Below, in pieces: positions 21,322 through 30,873 of a DNA stretch of 64,000 nt. Source of the stretch: an uncultured Pseudanabaenaceae cyanobacterium (GTDB lineage: Bacteria; Cyanobacteriota; Cyanobacteriia; PCC-9006; JAAUQQ01); contig CALLAT010000066.1 in NCBI GenBank assembly GCA_938002085.1, forward strand, positions 8,820 to 72,819, in the 5' to 3' direction. Below the pieces are notes generated by a model, which was not told the origin of the DNA, did not search any database, and saw nothing but the letters and a program-made list of their open reading frames with translations. Numbering within the stretch: position 1 is the stretch's first letter; each line of letters starts with the position of its first letter. A program made the translations under genes and the position numbers.

Positions 21322-22767
21322 TTAAGTTTGCTGGGCTTGAATCAATTGTCCTAAGGTCACGATGGCCCGTTCAAGCTTGGGGTTCCAAGGCTCACTGGTA
21401 TTGAGTCGCAAACAATTCTCATAGCTGCGGGAGGGGGAGAAAATTACCCCCGGCGCGATGCTGATCCCTCGCTCTAGCGCTGCTTTATGCAATTCCATGG
21501 CACTGCATTCTTGGGGAAGCTCTACCCACAAGACATGGCCCCCGCTCGGGCGAGTCAGCCGCGTTTGTAGGGGAAAGTATTCGCAAATGGCCTGGGTCAT
21601 CTTTGCCATGTGGGCCTGATAGAGCCGCCGGAGATGTCTGAGGTGCCGGTCATAGCCGCCGTTGGCTAGAAAGGCTGCCACAGTGAGTTGAGGGGCGATC
21701 GCCGTGGTCTGATTCATCACCCACTTCTGCTGCTCCACCTTGCTTTGGTAACGCCCCGGCGAGGTCCAGCCAATGCGAAGCCCGGGGGATAGGGTCTTAC
21801 TGTAGGAACTGCAATAAAGGACTAGCCCCTGGGTATCAAACGCTTTGATGGCCTTGGGGCGCGTGGGGCCAAAGTGCAAGTCACCGTAGATGTCATCTTC
21901 GATCAGTGGAGTGTCGTAGCGATTCATCAACGCCACTAGCGCCTGCTTTTTTCCATCGTCCATGCAGCTACCCAGGGGATTACTAAAGTTGGAAACAATG
22001 GCACAGGCTTGGACCTGTTGACGCTTCAGGGCGGTCTCCAGGGCTTCTAAGCAAAGGCCGTCACGAGGATTGGTCGGCAATTCCAGAGCGCTGAGATGGA
22101 GGCTTTCTAGGGCTTCGAGCAGACCGTAATAAGTCGGAGATTCAATCGCCACAGTATCTCCTGGCTGAGTCACGGCCATTAGCGACAGATAGACTCCTTC
22201 GAATGTCCCATTGGTGGTCACGATCTGCTCGGGTGAAATGCTGCAACCTGCATCCATCAATCGTCGCGCTACAGCCTGGCGTAGGGGCTCACAGCCCGGT
22301 GGCACATCGTAGGAATGGGCGAGCACCGGGTCATCCCGCAAGACCTGGCCCATGAGGCGATTGAGGGCCTTCAGGGGGAGCAATTCCATGGCTGGTATGG
22401 CTGCGCCGAGCTGGACTGCTCCGGGCTGGCGCACGGCCTGCATTAGCTGGAAGGCGAGGGAATTATCGACCTGCCTGGCTTGGCCCGGTGGTGCATAGGG
22501 CATGGGCTCCGGTGCAGAGGAGAGGGCCGTTGCTTTGACGTAGTATCCCGATTGAGGTCTGGCTTGAATTAGGCCTCGGTCTTCGAGTAAGCGATAGGCC
22601 TCTAGCACCGTTGAAATGCTGACGGTGAGTTGGCGATGGAGTTTGCGTACGGACGGGAGGCGATCTCCGGGCTGGAGCGTTCCTTCCTGAATAGCAGCCT
22701 CCATGCGATCTGCAACCTGTTGATAGAGATTGCGATCAGTCTGTTCCGTAATAGGGGGGAGCTGCAT
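21322..22767 (-). CDS. MocR/GntR family PLP-dependent transcriptional regulator
   Basis: LYQQVAD..GDRLPSVRKL..VSISTV..AY..LE (GntR wHTH), IEDDIY, SSYSKTLSPGLRIGW (PLP lysine). Confidence 0.95.
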   Translation of the reverse strand: MQLPPITEQTDRNLYQQVADRMEAAIQEGTLQPGDRLPSVRKLHRQLTVSISTVLEAYRLLEDRGLIQARPQSGYYVKATALSSAPEPMPYAPPGQARQVDNSLAFQLMQAVRQPGAVQLGAAIPAMELLPLKALNRLMGQVLRDDPVLAHSYDVPPGCEPLRQAVARRLMDAGCSISPEQIVTTNGTFEGVYLSLMAVTQPGDTVAIESPTYYGLLEALESLHLSALELPTNPRDGLCLEALETALKRQQVQACAIVSNFSNPLGSCMDDGKKQALVALMNRYDTPLIEDDIYGDLHFGPTRPKAIKAFDTQGLVLYCSSYSKTLSPGLRIGWTSPGRYQSKVEQQKWVMNQTTAIAPQLTVAAFLANGGYDRHLRHLRRLYQAHMAKMTQAICEYFPLQTRLTRPSGGHVLWVELPQECSAMELHKAALERGISIAPGVIFSPSRSYENCLRLNTSEPWNPKLERAIVTLGQLIQAQQT

Positions 22768-22803
22768 GGGGCCTTAGATGCAATAGCAAGGAGGAGCGGA
22801 TGA

Positions 22804-22894
22804 GTAAGGAGTACAGTTCGGCATAGAGGCTGCATAACAGTTCTATAAACCCTTTCTGTACTCATTACAATTTAGCTTGACTGCATCTGTTATG
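22804..22894. promoter_or_regulatory. Putative MocR operator: two interleaved inverted-repeat pairs
   Basis: GTAAGGAGTACAG(22804-16)/CTGTACTCATTAC(22856-68), 12/13 match; CATAACAG(22833-40)/CTGTTATG(22887-94), perfect. Confidence 0.6.
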
Positions 22895-22957
22895 GCATTG
22901 AAAAGCTCGCCACAATGGCCTCAGACCCACCCAAATCCAACTCAGGAGGTTTCCATC

Positions 22958-23305
22958 ATGGGAGGTTTTCATGCCAGCGCCTCTAATTCCTCGCCAGAGC
23001 AATCCGAGGTAATTGCAGCATCTTCTAAGGTCGCGGTTTCCCCCAGGCAGATCCAACCTACAGTTCCCCCTGTGTCGTCCCAGCTTTTCAAGGCCCTTGT
23101 CGCAAAATCCAGCAGCTTCGCCAGGCAGCTGAGAGAGACTCTCTATCAATGCCTTACTGCGGACAGCCAACCCCAAGTGAAATGGTGGCGTGATGCCCAG
23201 GGGCATGACCATTACAGCGTCTACGACCCCCATCGCCAGCAGACTCATGATTTTGCGACTGCTCACGAAGTTAGAGTTTGGCTAGAGCAACGGTATTACC
23301 AATAA
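22958..23305 (+). CDS. Conserved cyanobacterial small hypothetical protein
   Basis: GGAGG just before ATG 22958; C-terminal PQV..WRD..G...VYDP...F....EVRVWLEQRYYQ motif recalled from cyanobacterial hypotheticals. Confidence 0.75.
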   Translation: MGGFHASASNSSPEQSEVIAASSKVAVSPRQIQPTVPPVSSQLFKALVAKSSSFARQLRETLYQCLTADSQPQVKWWRDAQGHDHYSVYDPHRQQTHDFATAHEVRVWLEQRYYQ

Positions 23306-24036
23306 AACTCAGCCCGGCCTATCTCTCTAGCTCTTTCGCTCTGAGTCTCAATCTGTCCGAAGTGATTCCTTTTGGTCGCTCTCTCGATGAATATCAGGCC
23401 ATGTTTGGCCTGTCTCGTCGTGACCAGCAGCGCACTATTCTCGACTGCGGTAGCGGACCCGCTAGCTTCAATGCAGAACTCACCTTTGCGGGCGGGCAAG
23501 TTACGAGCATTGACCCGCTCTATCAATTCTCTGCTGAGCAAATCGAACAGCGCTTTCTCCATTGTCTTGACGATGTCATGGCTCAAATTAATGCCACGCC
23601 CGAGAATTGGACCTGGAGCTTTCACTCAGACAGCAAGGCTCTTAAACGCAACCGCGTTGCCGTTATGGAGTGCTTCACCGCAGACTTCGGTCCCGGCAAA
23701 GCTGCTGGGCGCTATCTTGAAGCCTCTCTTCCCAAGCTGCCCTTTGAGGATGGAGCCTTTGATTTGGCCCTTTGCTCCCATCTGCTATTCCTCTACTCCG
23801 GGATATTGGCTCCCGAATTCCATCTCCAGGCTGTCCAGGAGCTTTGCCGGGTTGCCCGAGAAGTGCGAATTTTCCCTCTGCGAACTTTGACTTCCCAACC
23901 ATCAACGGATGTGGAGCCGGTTTGCAGTATGTTGCAGTCATTAGGATTCGCCCCCAAAATCATGCAGGTTGAATATGAGCTGCAAAAGGGTGGCAATGAG
24001 ATGTTGAGCTTTTCCATCCCTGGCGACTCCGTTTAA
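23278..24036 (+). CDS. Class I SAM-dependent methyltransferase (true start probably 23341-23362)
   Basis: GRSLDEY..MF, ILDCGSGPASF, LPFEDGAFDLALCSHLLFLY, EVRIFPL. Confidence 0.88.
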   Translation: MARATVLPIKLSPAYLSSSFALSLNLSEVIPFGRSLDEYQAMFGLSRRDQQRTILDCGSGPASFNAELTFAGGQVTSIDPLYQFSAEQIEQRFLHCLDDVMAQINATPENWTWSFHSDSKALKRNRVAVMECFTADFGPGKAAGRYLEASLPKLPFEDGAFDLALCSHLLFLYSGILAPEFHLQAVQELCRVAREVRIFPLRTLTSQPSTDVEPVCSMLQSLGFAPKIMQVEYELQKGGNEMLSFSIPGDSV

Positions 24037-24061
24037 TAAGTCAATTTCCCGAGACTGATTC

Positions 24062-24889
24062 ATGGCCAGAACCACAGCCCTGCCGATCCTCCAGGTAGAT
24101 GCCTTTTGCGATCGCCCCTTTGGTGGCAACCCTGCTGCGGTTTGCGTCCTCCATGAGCCCAAGCCGGATAGCTGGATGCGCCATCTCGCGGCCGAAATGA
24201 ACCTTTCGGAAACGGCTTTCGCGATTCACAAGGAAGACGGTTATCACCTGCGCTGGTTCACCCCCACCACTGAAGTGGACCTTTGTGGCCATGCCACCCT
24301 GGCCACGGCCTATGTGCTCTGGACCGAGGGCTATCTGGCGATCAATCAACCGGCAGAATTCATCACCCGCAGCGGAAAGCTCACGGCTCGCTTCGATAAT
24401 GACTGGATCGAGCTGGACTTTCCTGCAGCTCCCACAGCTGCCACAGAGGCTCCGGCGGGGCTGGGCGAAGCTCTAGGCTGCGACGTGAGCAAAGTTGAGT
24501 ACAACAAAACGCTCGACTATTGGCTCGTTGAATTAGGCAATGCAGCTGCTGTAAAGCAGCTCACCCCCCTGTTCACTCGCCTTAAGGGAATTACTCCGGG
24601 AGGGGTTATTGTTACGGCCCCCAGTGACAATAGCGACTATGACTTTGTCTCTCGCTTCTTCGCGCCTGCTATGGGGATTAATGAGGATCCAGTCACAGGG
24701 TCAGCGCATTGTTGCCTTGGCCCCTACTGGAGCCAGCGGCTTAATAAAACAGAGCTAGTAGGCTATCAAGCCTCCAAGCGGGGGGGCACGGTTAAGGTGG
24801 CGGCTAAGGGAGAGCGAGTCAGTCTCTCAGGCAAGGCCATCACCGTGCTCAAAGGTGAATTGAACGCGGCGGCTTATCTGCTCGATTAG
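24062..24889 (+). CDS. PhzF family isomerase/epimerase
   Basis: VDAF..PFGGNPAAV, EMNLSETAF, LRWFTP..EVDLCGHATLA, EDPVTGSAHC. Confidence 0.95.
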   Translation: MARTTALPILQVDAFCDRPFGGNPAAVCVLHEPKPDSWMRHLAAEMNLSETAFAIHKEDGYHLRWFTPTTEVDLCGHATLATAYVLWTEGYLAINQPAEFITRSGKLTARFDNDWIELDFPAAPTAATEAPAGLGEALGCDVSKVEYNKTLDYWLVELGNAAAVKQLTPLFTRLKGITPGGVIVTAPSDNSDYDFVSRFFAPAMGINEDPVTGSAHCCLGPYWSQRLNKTELVGYQASKRGGTVKVAAKGERVSLSGKAITVLKGELNAAAYLLD

Positions 24890-24917
24890 TCACGCCCCCA
24901 ACTCAAGGGGGGAAATC

Positions 24918-24958
24918 AAAGAAGCCCCTGTCATCAACGTGATGACAGGGGCTTCTTT
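24918..24958. terminator. Bidirectional terminator (19-bp perfect stem)
   Basis: aaagaagcccctgtcatca-acg-tgatgacaggggcttcttt between convergent phzF-like gene and aqpZ. Confidence 0.88.
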
Positions 24959-25119
24959 ATGTATTGGAACAGCAAACCTGCAAATTTCTCTGAAGACTGC
25001 TCGTTCAGACGTAGGCCAACCGCAAGCCCCTGTAGTCCACCTTGATGGGGAACGCTAAGCTCACTCCATCAGACTGGGGAGTGAGCTTAACAGGGATAAT
25101 TGTCTTTGCGACAGAGTCC

Positions 25120-25878
25120 CTAGTCAGACAACTTCTCGCGCATGGAGGGAGCAGACTCTCCAACTTCGTTAAAGAATATGTTGTAGAAAAAGCCAGCTGC
25201 GATCGCTCCCACAATGGGCGCAATCCAAAACAGCCAAACCTGGCTAAACATCTCTGCCCCTGCAAAAATCGCGACGCCCGTACTCCGAGCAGGATTCACA
25301 GAAGTATTGGTGATGGGAATGCTGATCAAGTGAATCAGGGTCAAGCAAAGGCCAATGGCTACAGGAGCCATGCCGGCAGGAGCACGGGTATCCGTCGCAC
25401 CCAAAATCACAATTAAGAACACAAAGGTCAGAACAACCTCAGCAATCAAGCAAGCGAGAAGGCCATAACCGCCAGGCGAGTGGGCTCCAAATCCGTTCGT
25501 AGCTAGGGGATTAGAACCAGTTAGTTCAAATCCAGGAGCACCGCTGGCAATGCCGTAAACGATGCCGCCTCCAATAATCGCGCCCACAACTTGGGAAGCA
25601 ATATAGGGCAGCAGTTCAGCAGCGGGGAACCTATTGCCCGCCCAGAGACCAAAAGATACTGCTGGATTGAGATGACAACCAGAGATGTGACCAATGGCAT
25701 AGGCCATGGTCAACACCGTCAAACCGAAGGCTAACGAAACGCCCAGAAAGCCGAGGCCCAGCGTATTGACTCCATCTCCATCCACAAAGTTTGCGGCAAA
25801 GACAGCACTACCGCAGCCGCCTAATACGAGCCAGGCAGTTCCCAAACATTCAGCGACACATCGCTTCGTTAAATTCAT
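25120..25878 (-). CDS. aqpZ: Aquaporin Z
   Basis: [11 protein letters not shown] and [12 protein letters not shown] motifs, [11 protein letters not shown]; ATG at 25878. Confidence 0.97.
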   Translation of the reverse strand: MNLTKRCVAECLGTAWLVLGGCGSAVFAANFVDGDGVNTLGLGFLGVSLAFGLTVLTMAYAIGHISGCHLNPAVSFGLWAGNRFPAAELLPYIASQVVGAIIGGGIVYGIASGAPGFELTGSNPLATNGFGAHSPGGYGLLACLIAEVVLTFVFLIVILGATDTRAPAGMAPVAIGLCLTLIHLISIPITNTSVNPARSTGVAIFAGAEMFSQVWLFWIAPIVGAIAAGFFYNIFFNEVGESAPSMREKLSD

Positions 25879-26388
25879 TAGATCCCCTAGAATCAAGACT
25901 TCTAAAAGAGGTATATACCTCATGTTTTAAATCAAAGCTGAACGCAGTCGTATTTGCGATATCAGCACAAGATTTCTGGAGGGCTGTTCCCTCTCTGATC
26001 AGACCTAAGTGTGAACTCTGAAAAACCTTTTAGCAGGAGAAAAGTCCACAAGAAAATTACTTGTCTTGAGATAATTCCAGCAAGATCACGGTTTCTTGAA
26101 ATCAAAGTAAATCATTCAGCCTGACCTCTGCAGGCTTCCTCAAGATAAGTCCATAACCCTGAAGTTAAGGCACAGATGTTACACATCTTAGTGGCTGCTT
26201 CTCTCTGCTGGCTCAGCCATTCTGCGGACAGCTAAATGGCTGGTATCTCTGAGTAATTGCGCAAATACTATGTTTTAATTGGGCAATTCTAGAATGAGCT
26301 GTTAGTTGTTTTGTCGGAGCTAAAAAAATAAAAATTCAGTATAAATTCGGTGACTAAGAAATCCTCTCAGCCTATCTAGATATCTGGC

Positions 26389-26766
26389 TTAGTGAGTCTC
26401 ATTAATATCTCTATGGATATCCAAAACACTGTCAGTGACGAGACCGAAGTAGGTCAATACCAATAGCTCTTTGCCTGAGTTCCGTACCTCATGATATTCA
26501 CCAGCCTCCACAACGATACAAGTACCAGGAATGAGTGGATAACAGATCTTTTCTACCCATATTTCACCGCAGCCCGATAGAACAAAGAACACTTCATTCA
26601 TGTCTGGGTGGGCGTGGTTATCTGCAACTTGGCCGGGTTTGAAGTAAGCCTGGGCAAAGTTGGTCAAATGTGGCAATGTCCCGGCTCGCAATAGCACCTT
26701 CTTCTGAATGGCTGAGTTGTGAGACACCATTTCATGGGGCACTTGGTCAAGTTGAATCTGTTTCAT
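26389..26766 (-). CDS. Cupin-domain protein
   Basis: H-x-H-x4-E (HAHPDMNE) and AGEYHEVRN cupin motifs. Confidence 0.88.
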   Translation of the reverse strand: MKQIQLDQVPHEMVSHNSAIQKKVLLRAGTLPHLTNFAQAYFKPGQVADNHAHPDMNEVFFVLSGCGEIWVEKICYPLIPGTCIVVEAGEYHEVRNSGKELLVLTYFGLVTDSVLDIHRDINETH

Positions 26767-26817
26767 AACAAGCTCATCTTCGTAAAAAGGAGACCTCCAG
26801 GATTAGTGCCTCATACA

Positions 26818-27366
26818 ATGGTCAAGGTCTATCGTCGGGAGAAGTCTCCTTTGCGTACTTGGATTGAGGAGGACATTCTCTATGTCCATGCAGATGATGT
26901 TCCCACCTATAAAAAACAGGGCTCCATCGTCCGCAACAGCTTTTTTTGGGCGTTGCGCTCCATTGCGGCCCAATCCCCTATGGGCAAGGCCTGGGAGTTT
27001 GAAACGGCAGTCTGGTTTGCCCTCCAGCGCATGCTGACCAACTTTACTGACTCGGGCTATCTGGGGACCCGTGAAACCCAGTTGGAGTTTCGTGAAGATG
27101 CGATTATTCCTGCCCTGCTCCAAACCATGGCGACTTGGATTCCGGCCGCAGAATTTGACCCAGAACCGGAGCCAGAACCGTCTTGCTATCTGGATGATGA
27201 GCCTGACGAGTCCCTCCCGTCAGCCCTGGCAGGCCCTGACGAGACGGAACAGAGAAAGCGGAATCGCCAGAAACGCGCTGCCTTCAAGCGAAAGGCAAAG
27301 CGGCGTCCCGAACGAGAAGAACGCCCCACTCCGCCCTACTCTAGCTACATCAAGAAACAGCCCTAG
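26818..27366 (+). CDS. Conserved hypothetical protein with acidic then basic tail
   Basis: ATG at 26818 (MVKVYRRE); ends 12 bp before codA, likely co-transcribed. Confidence 0.7.
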   Translation: MVKVYRREKSPLRTWIEEDILYVHADDVPTYKKQGSIVRNSFFWALRSIAAQSPMGKAWEFETAVWFALQRMLTNFTDSGYLGTRETQLEFREDAIIPALLQTMATWIPAAEFDPEPEPEPSCYLDDEPDESLPSALAGPDETEQRKRNRQKRAAFKRKAKRRPEREERPTPPYSSYIKKQP

Positions 27367-27378
27367 CGAGCTCTAGCC

Positions 27379-28764
27379 ATGGCAAGTCTCTCTTCTCGCG
27401 ATCAGCCTCGTTCAGTTTCCGAGGGGGAGCTTAAGGCTGCGAACGATGCTCCTCATTACGACCTCATAATCCGCAATGGTCGCTTGTTGAACTTGAGCCC
27501 TGCCGGGCCGGGCGAGCAGAGTTGCGATACTCGACCTGCGCTGGCTGATATTGCCATTGGCGATCGCCGCATTCTCGCCATCGGCCCGAATTTGTCCGGC
27601 AATGCGCGACGAACGATTGATGCCCAGGGCCATTTGGTCAGTCCACCCTTTGTTGAATCCCATATTCACCTGGACTCTGCCCTCACTGCGGGGGAGCCCC
27701 GCTGGAACCAGAGTGGCACCTTGTTTGAAGGTATTGAGATTTGGGGCGATCGCAAACAATCCCTTACCTCTGCCGATGTCAAAGCCAGGGCCTTAGCTGC
27801 CCTTAAACTCCAAGCCAGCCAAGGGGTTCTTCATGTGCGGAGCCATGTGGATGTGAGCGAGCCCAAGCTCGTTGCCCTCAAAGCTTTGCTGGAACTGCGA
27901 GAGGAAGTGCGTCCCTGGATGGATCTCCAATTGGTTGCCTTTCCCCAGGACGGACTATACGGCGCGCCCAGAAATGTTGAACTGCTAGAAGAAGCACTCA
28001 AGCTAGGCACCGATGTGGTTGGTGGCATTCCCCACTACGAGTTCACGCGCGAAGATGGCGTTCGTTCCGTCCATCGTCTTTTCGAGCTCGCCGAACAATA
28101 CGACTGCCCCCTAGACTTCCACTGTGATGAAATTGATGATCCCCAATCCCGCTTCCTAGAAGTCGTGGCGGCCTGTGCTCTGCGCCGTGGCATGGGACAA
28201 CGCACCACCGCCAGCCACACTACGGCTTTTGCCAGCTACGATAATGGTTATGCCACTAAGCTCATGGGCCTGTTGCGGCTTGCCCAGCTTAACTTTGTCG
28301 CCAATCCACTCATCAATATCACCCTCCAAGGACGGGGAGATTGCTATCCGAAAAGGCGAGGAATAACCCGAGTGAAGGAACTGTGGCATGCCGGTCTCAA
28401 TGTCAGCCTGGGCCATGACTGCATTCAAGATCCTTGGTACGGCCTTGGTAATGGCAATCCTTTAGATATCGTTCAGATGGCTATCCACTGTTGTCACATG
28501 ACAGGGCAACGGGAAATCGCAGCTTGCTATGCCATGGTGACTCACAACGGAGCCCAAACCTTAGGGATTAGCCCAGCAGAATATGGACTTGCTGTAGGCA
28601 AGCCTGCAAACCTGGTCGTCCTTGCGGGGCAAACGTTGCGAGACCTGAGCTGTCAGCGAGGTCTTGCCACGGCTGTTATTAGCAGAGGCCATTGTCTCGC
28701 TCAAACCCCTTTATCTATCACTCAATGGGACGACCCACCAGAGTCAATAACCTACCCTCACTAG
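27379..28764 (+). CDS. codA: Cytosine deaminase (amidohydrolase family)
   Basis: PPFVESHIHLD, WNQSGTLFEGI, VAFPQ, GGIPHYEFTRE, HCDEIDD, TASH, GHDC..DPWY. Confidence 0.95.
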   Translation: MASLSSRDQPRSVSEGELKAANDAPHYDLIIRNGRLLNLSPAGPGEQSCDTRPALADIAIGDRRILAIGPNLSGNARRTIDAQGHLVSPPFVESHIHLDSALTAGEPRWNQSGTLFEGIEIWGDRKQSLTSADVKARALAALKLQASQGVLHVRSHVDVSEPKLVALKALLELREEVRPWMDLQLVAFPQDGLYGAPRNVELLEEALKLGTDVVGGIPHYEFTREDGVRSVHRLFELAEQYDCPLDFHCDEIDDPQSRFLEVVAACALRRGMGQRTTASHTTAFASYDNGYATKLMGLLRLAQLNFVANPLINITLQGRGDCYPKRRGITRVKELWHAGLNVSLGHDCIQDPWYGLGNGNPLDIVQMAIHCCHMTGQREIAACYAMVTHNGAQTLGISPAEYGLAVGKPANLVVLAGQTLRDLSCQRGLATAVISRGHCLAQTPLSITQWDDPPESITYPH

Positions 28765-29471
28765 AGGGATACTTACGGAGAGGGGGAGCAACCCTCTCCG
28801 TAAGTATTGTTTGTTTTATAGTGACCAGCGAACCTGTGGCCTCAGATGGCTTTGGTGCAGCTAACTCGCGCAATCGACTCCTGAAATCTAAATATTGTCT
28901 GTAACAAAGTTTTCTTTCTAATAAATAAGCTGTACGATTTATCCAGAGTTTCATTGCTTCGCTGAATCAGCTGCCAATGCCTCCCACATCCATGGTTCTA
29001 TTTGGTTTTAGCCAAGTGTGAACCGTGCTTTGGTACCTCCGGAGCAAGGCTTCTTAGTCAGGGCTTCCTGACTAGATGAAGTCATCGATTCATGAGCTGA
29101 GAAGTGGCAATCTCCCCGAGCTGGGACTAAACAATTGCCCGACTTACCAAGTGCTTTAGTCGCCCTGTAACCCTTGGCTGACGTAGGTCAAAGTAGGTGA
29201 GTCGTTTTATAAAATCTCCAGTTGCTAGCCGTAAATTAAGTGTTGGAGCATCGACTGGTTGATTAGTAGTGAGTTAAATCACTGCGAATCGGTGAAACCT
29301 GAGTTGGTTTCACCACGTCGTAGCTGTTAAGGCCTCTAAGTTTCTCTTAGCGCTTTAGGTGGTCAAAAATCCGACATTTAGCTGTCATGCCAATGACATC
29401 CAATATGTCAAGATTATGTCTGGACACCCCTTGTCTGCACTGTTCAATGGTCCTACTACTCAGGGGTTCTG

Positions 29472-30491
29472 ATGAGTATCCAGTCTGAGCAATTTGCCAA
29501 AAACGGATTGAAGAAGCTTCTTTTTGTCACAGGTAGCGGTCTGTTTGCTTTCTCAACAGCAGCAGCCCTGACTTTCGGCTACTTTCAAGGTCGTTCCTAT
29601 CGTCAAGAGCGCTCCCAGTGGGTTGCGCTCCAAGGCTTGGCGGCTGCGGAAAATTACGAAGGCTGCCGCAGTCAGGGGAATGCGCTTCCATCCCAGTCAC
29701 GTTTTTATGGGGATGCACAGGCCCTTGTTCAGCAGTGCAGCATGGACCTGGCTCGCCAACATGCGAATGACCAAGCGTTGACTGAAGCGATCGCGGTTGC
29801 CTTGTCTATCACCACATCTGATGGGCAGCTTCTGAATGAAGCCCAGTCTTTGGTGACACAGTGGTCAGGCCAGGTTGTGAAGCAGGGAGAACAGCTACTG
29901 CAGGCTGGAAACCTAGATCAGGCGATTGCTGTTTTGCGAGAGCTTCCTCCTGACTCTCCCACAGCAGGCTCTGTTGAATCGACGATTCAAGGGTGGCAAA
30001 AGCAGTGGAGTCAAAGCGAAGCTGCCGTTAATCAAACGAATGATTTGTTAGAGCGGGGGCAGTGGCTTGCAGCTAAGCAAGAGCTAGAAGGAGTTGCTTC
30101 TATCACTTATTGGCAACAACAAAAGGAGCCACTCCTAGAAAGAGCTGAAGCAGGGATCGCAGAAGTGGTTCGCTATGAGGCGGAACAGGCTAGGCTACGG
30201 GCGATCGCGGCTGCGCCTCGCTACAACTATCAACCTCCCAGCCAAAGTCAACCTGCAGCTCCTGCCCCTGCAGCTCCTGCTCAGTCTCCTGTGACTGCAT
30301 ATGTGCCTCCTGCAGCAGCACCCGTAGCACCCGCAGCGCCTAGGGTTAGCAGTTTTGACCGTGAGGTAGAAAACCTATACAACAGCTATGTTTCCCAAGG
30401 GCAAAATAGCTGGGATGCCTGGATTCAGGCCTGTCAGGCCTCTGGTGGTTATGTTGTAGATCAAGGCCCTCAGTCTGGATGTCAGCCTTAG
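29472..30491 (+). CDS. Hypothetical membrane-anchored helical-repeat (TPR-like) protein with Pro/Ala linker and small Cys-pair C-terminal domain
   Basis: 339-aa ORF, N-terminal TM, helical repeats, PAAPAPAAP linker, AC..SGG...GC end. Confidence 0.7.
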   Translation: MSIQSEQFAKNGLKKLLFVTGSGLFAFSTAAALTFGYFQGRSYRQERSQWVALQGLAAAENYEGCRSQGNALPSQSRFYGDAQALVQQCSMDLARQHANDQALTEAIAVALSITTSDGQLLNEAQSLVTQWSGQVVKQGEQLLQAGNLDQAIAVLRELPPDSPTAGSVESTIQGWQKQWSQSEAAVNQTNDLLERGQWLAAKQELEGVASITYWQQQKEPLLERAEAGIAEVVRYEAEQARLRAIAAAPRYNYQPPSQSQPAAPAPAAPAQSPVTAYVPPAAAPVAPAAPRVSSFDREVENLYNSYVSQGQNSWDAWIQACQASGGYVVDQGPQSGCQP

Positions 30492-30778
30492 ATATCGTTT
30501 GAGAAAAGTCTAAGGCATGTCTTATTGCACCTGGCCCAGACTTGGGTTCACGTAAGCTTGGGCCGAAATAATAGGTGTGTCGTGACGAACTGAAAGCGGG
30601 CTCAAATTCTCAAACCATTTCTCAGTGCGATGGGACTGACTCGGTGGTTGTGGCCATTGCACTGTCATTCCATCTGAGGCAAGCCTGAATCTTTAATTCA
30701 ACAAAGCTTGAGTTAGAAAGCGTCATAACCCAAGCTCCCATCGTTGTCAGAAACTGCAAGATCTGACTCTTGCTCTTA

Positions 30779-30818
30779 CAACAAAGCCTACACAGGAGAA
30801 TCTGCGTAGGCTTTGTTG
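30779..30818. terminator. Terminator downstream of purB
   Basis: caacaaagcctacacag-gagaat-ctgcgtaggctttgttg (one mismatch). Confidence 0.7.
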
Positions 30819-30873
30819 ATGGATTGAGCCGTATTAAGCTGACCGGACGGTCATGCCGCCAGGGCCTCGCCGC

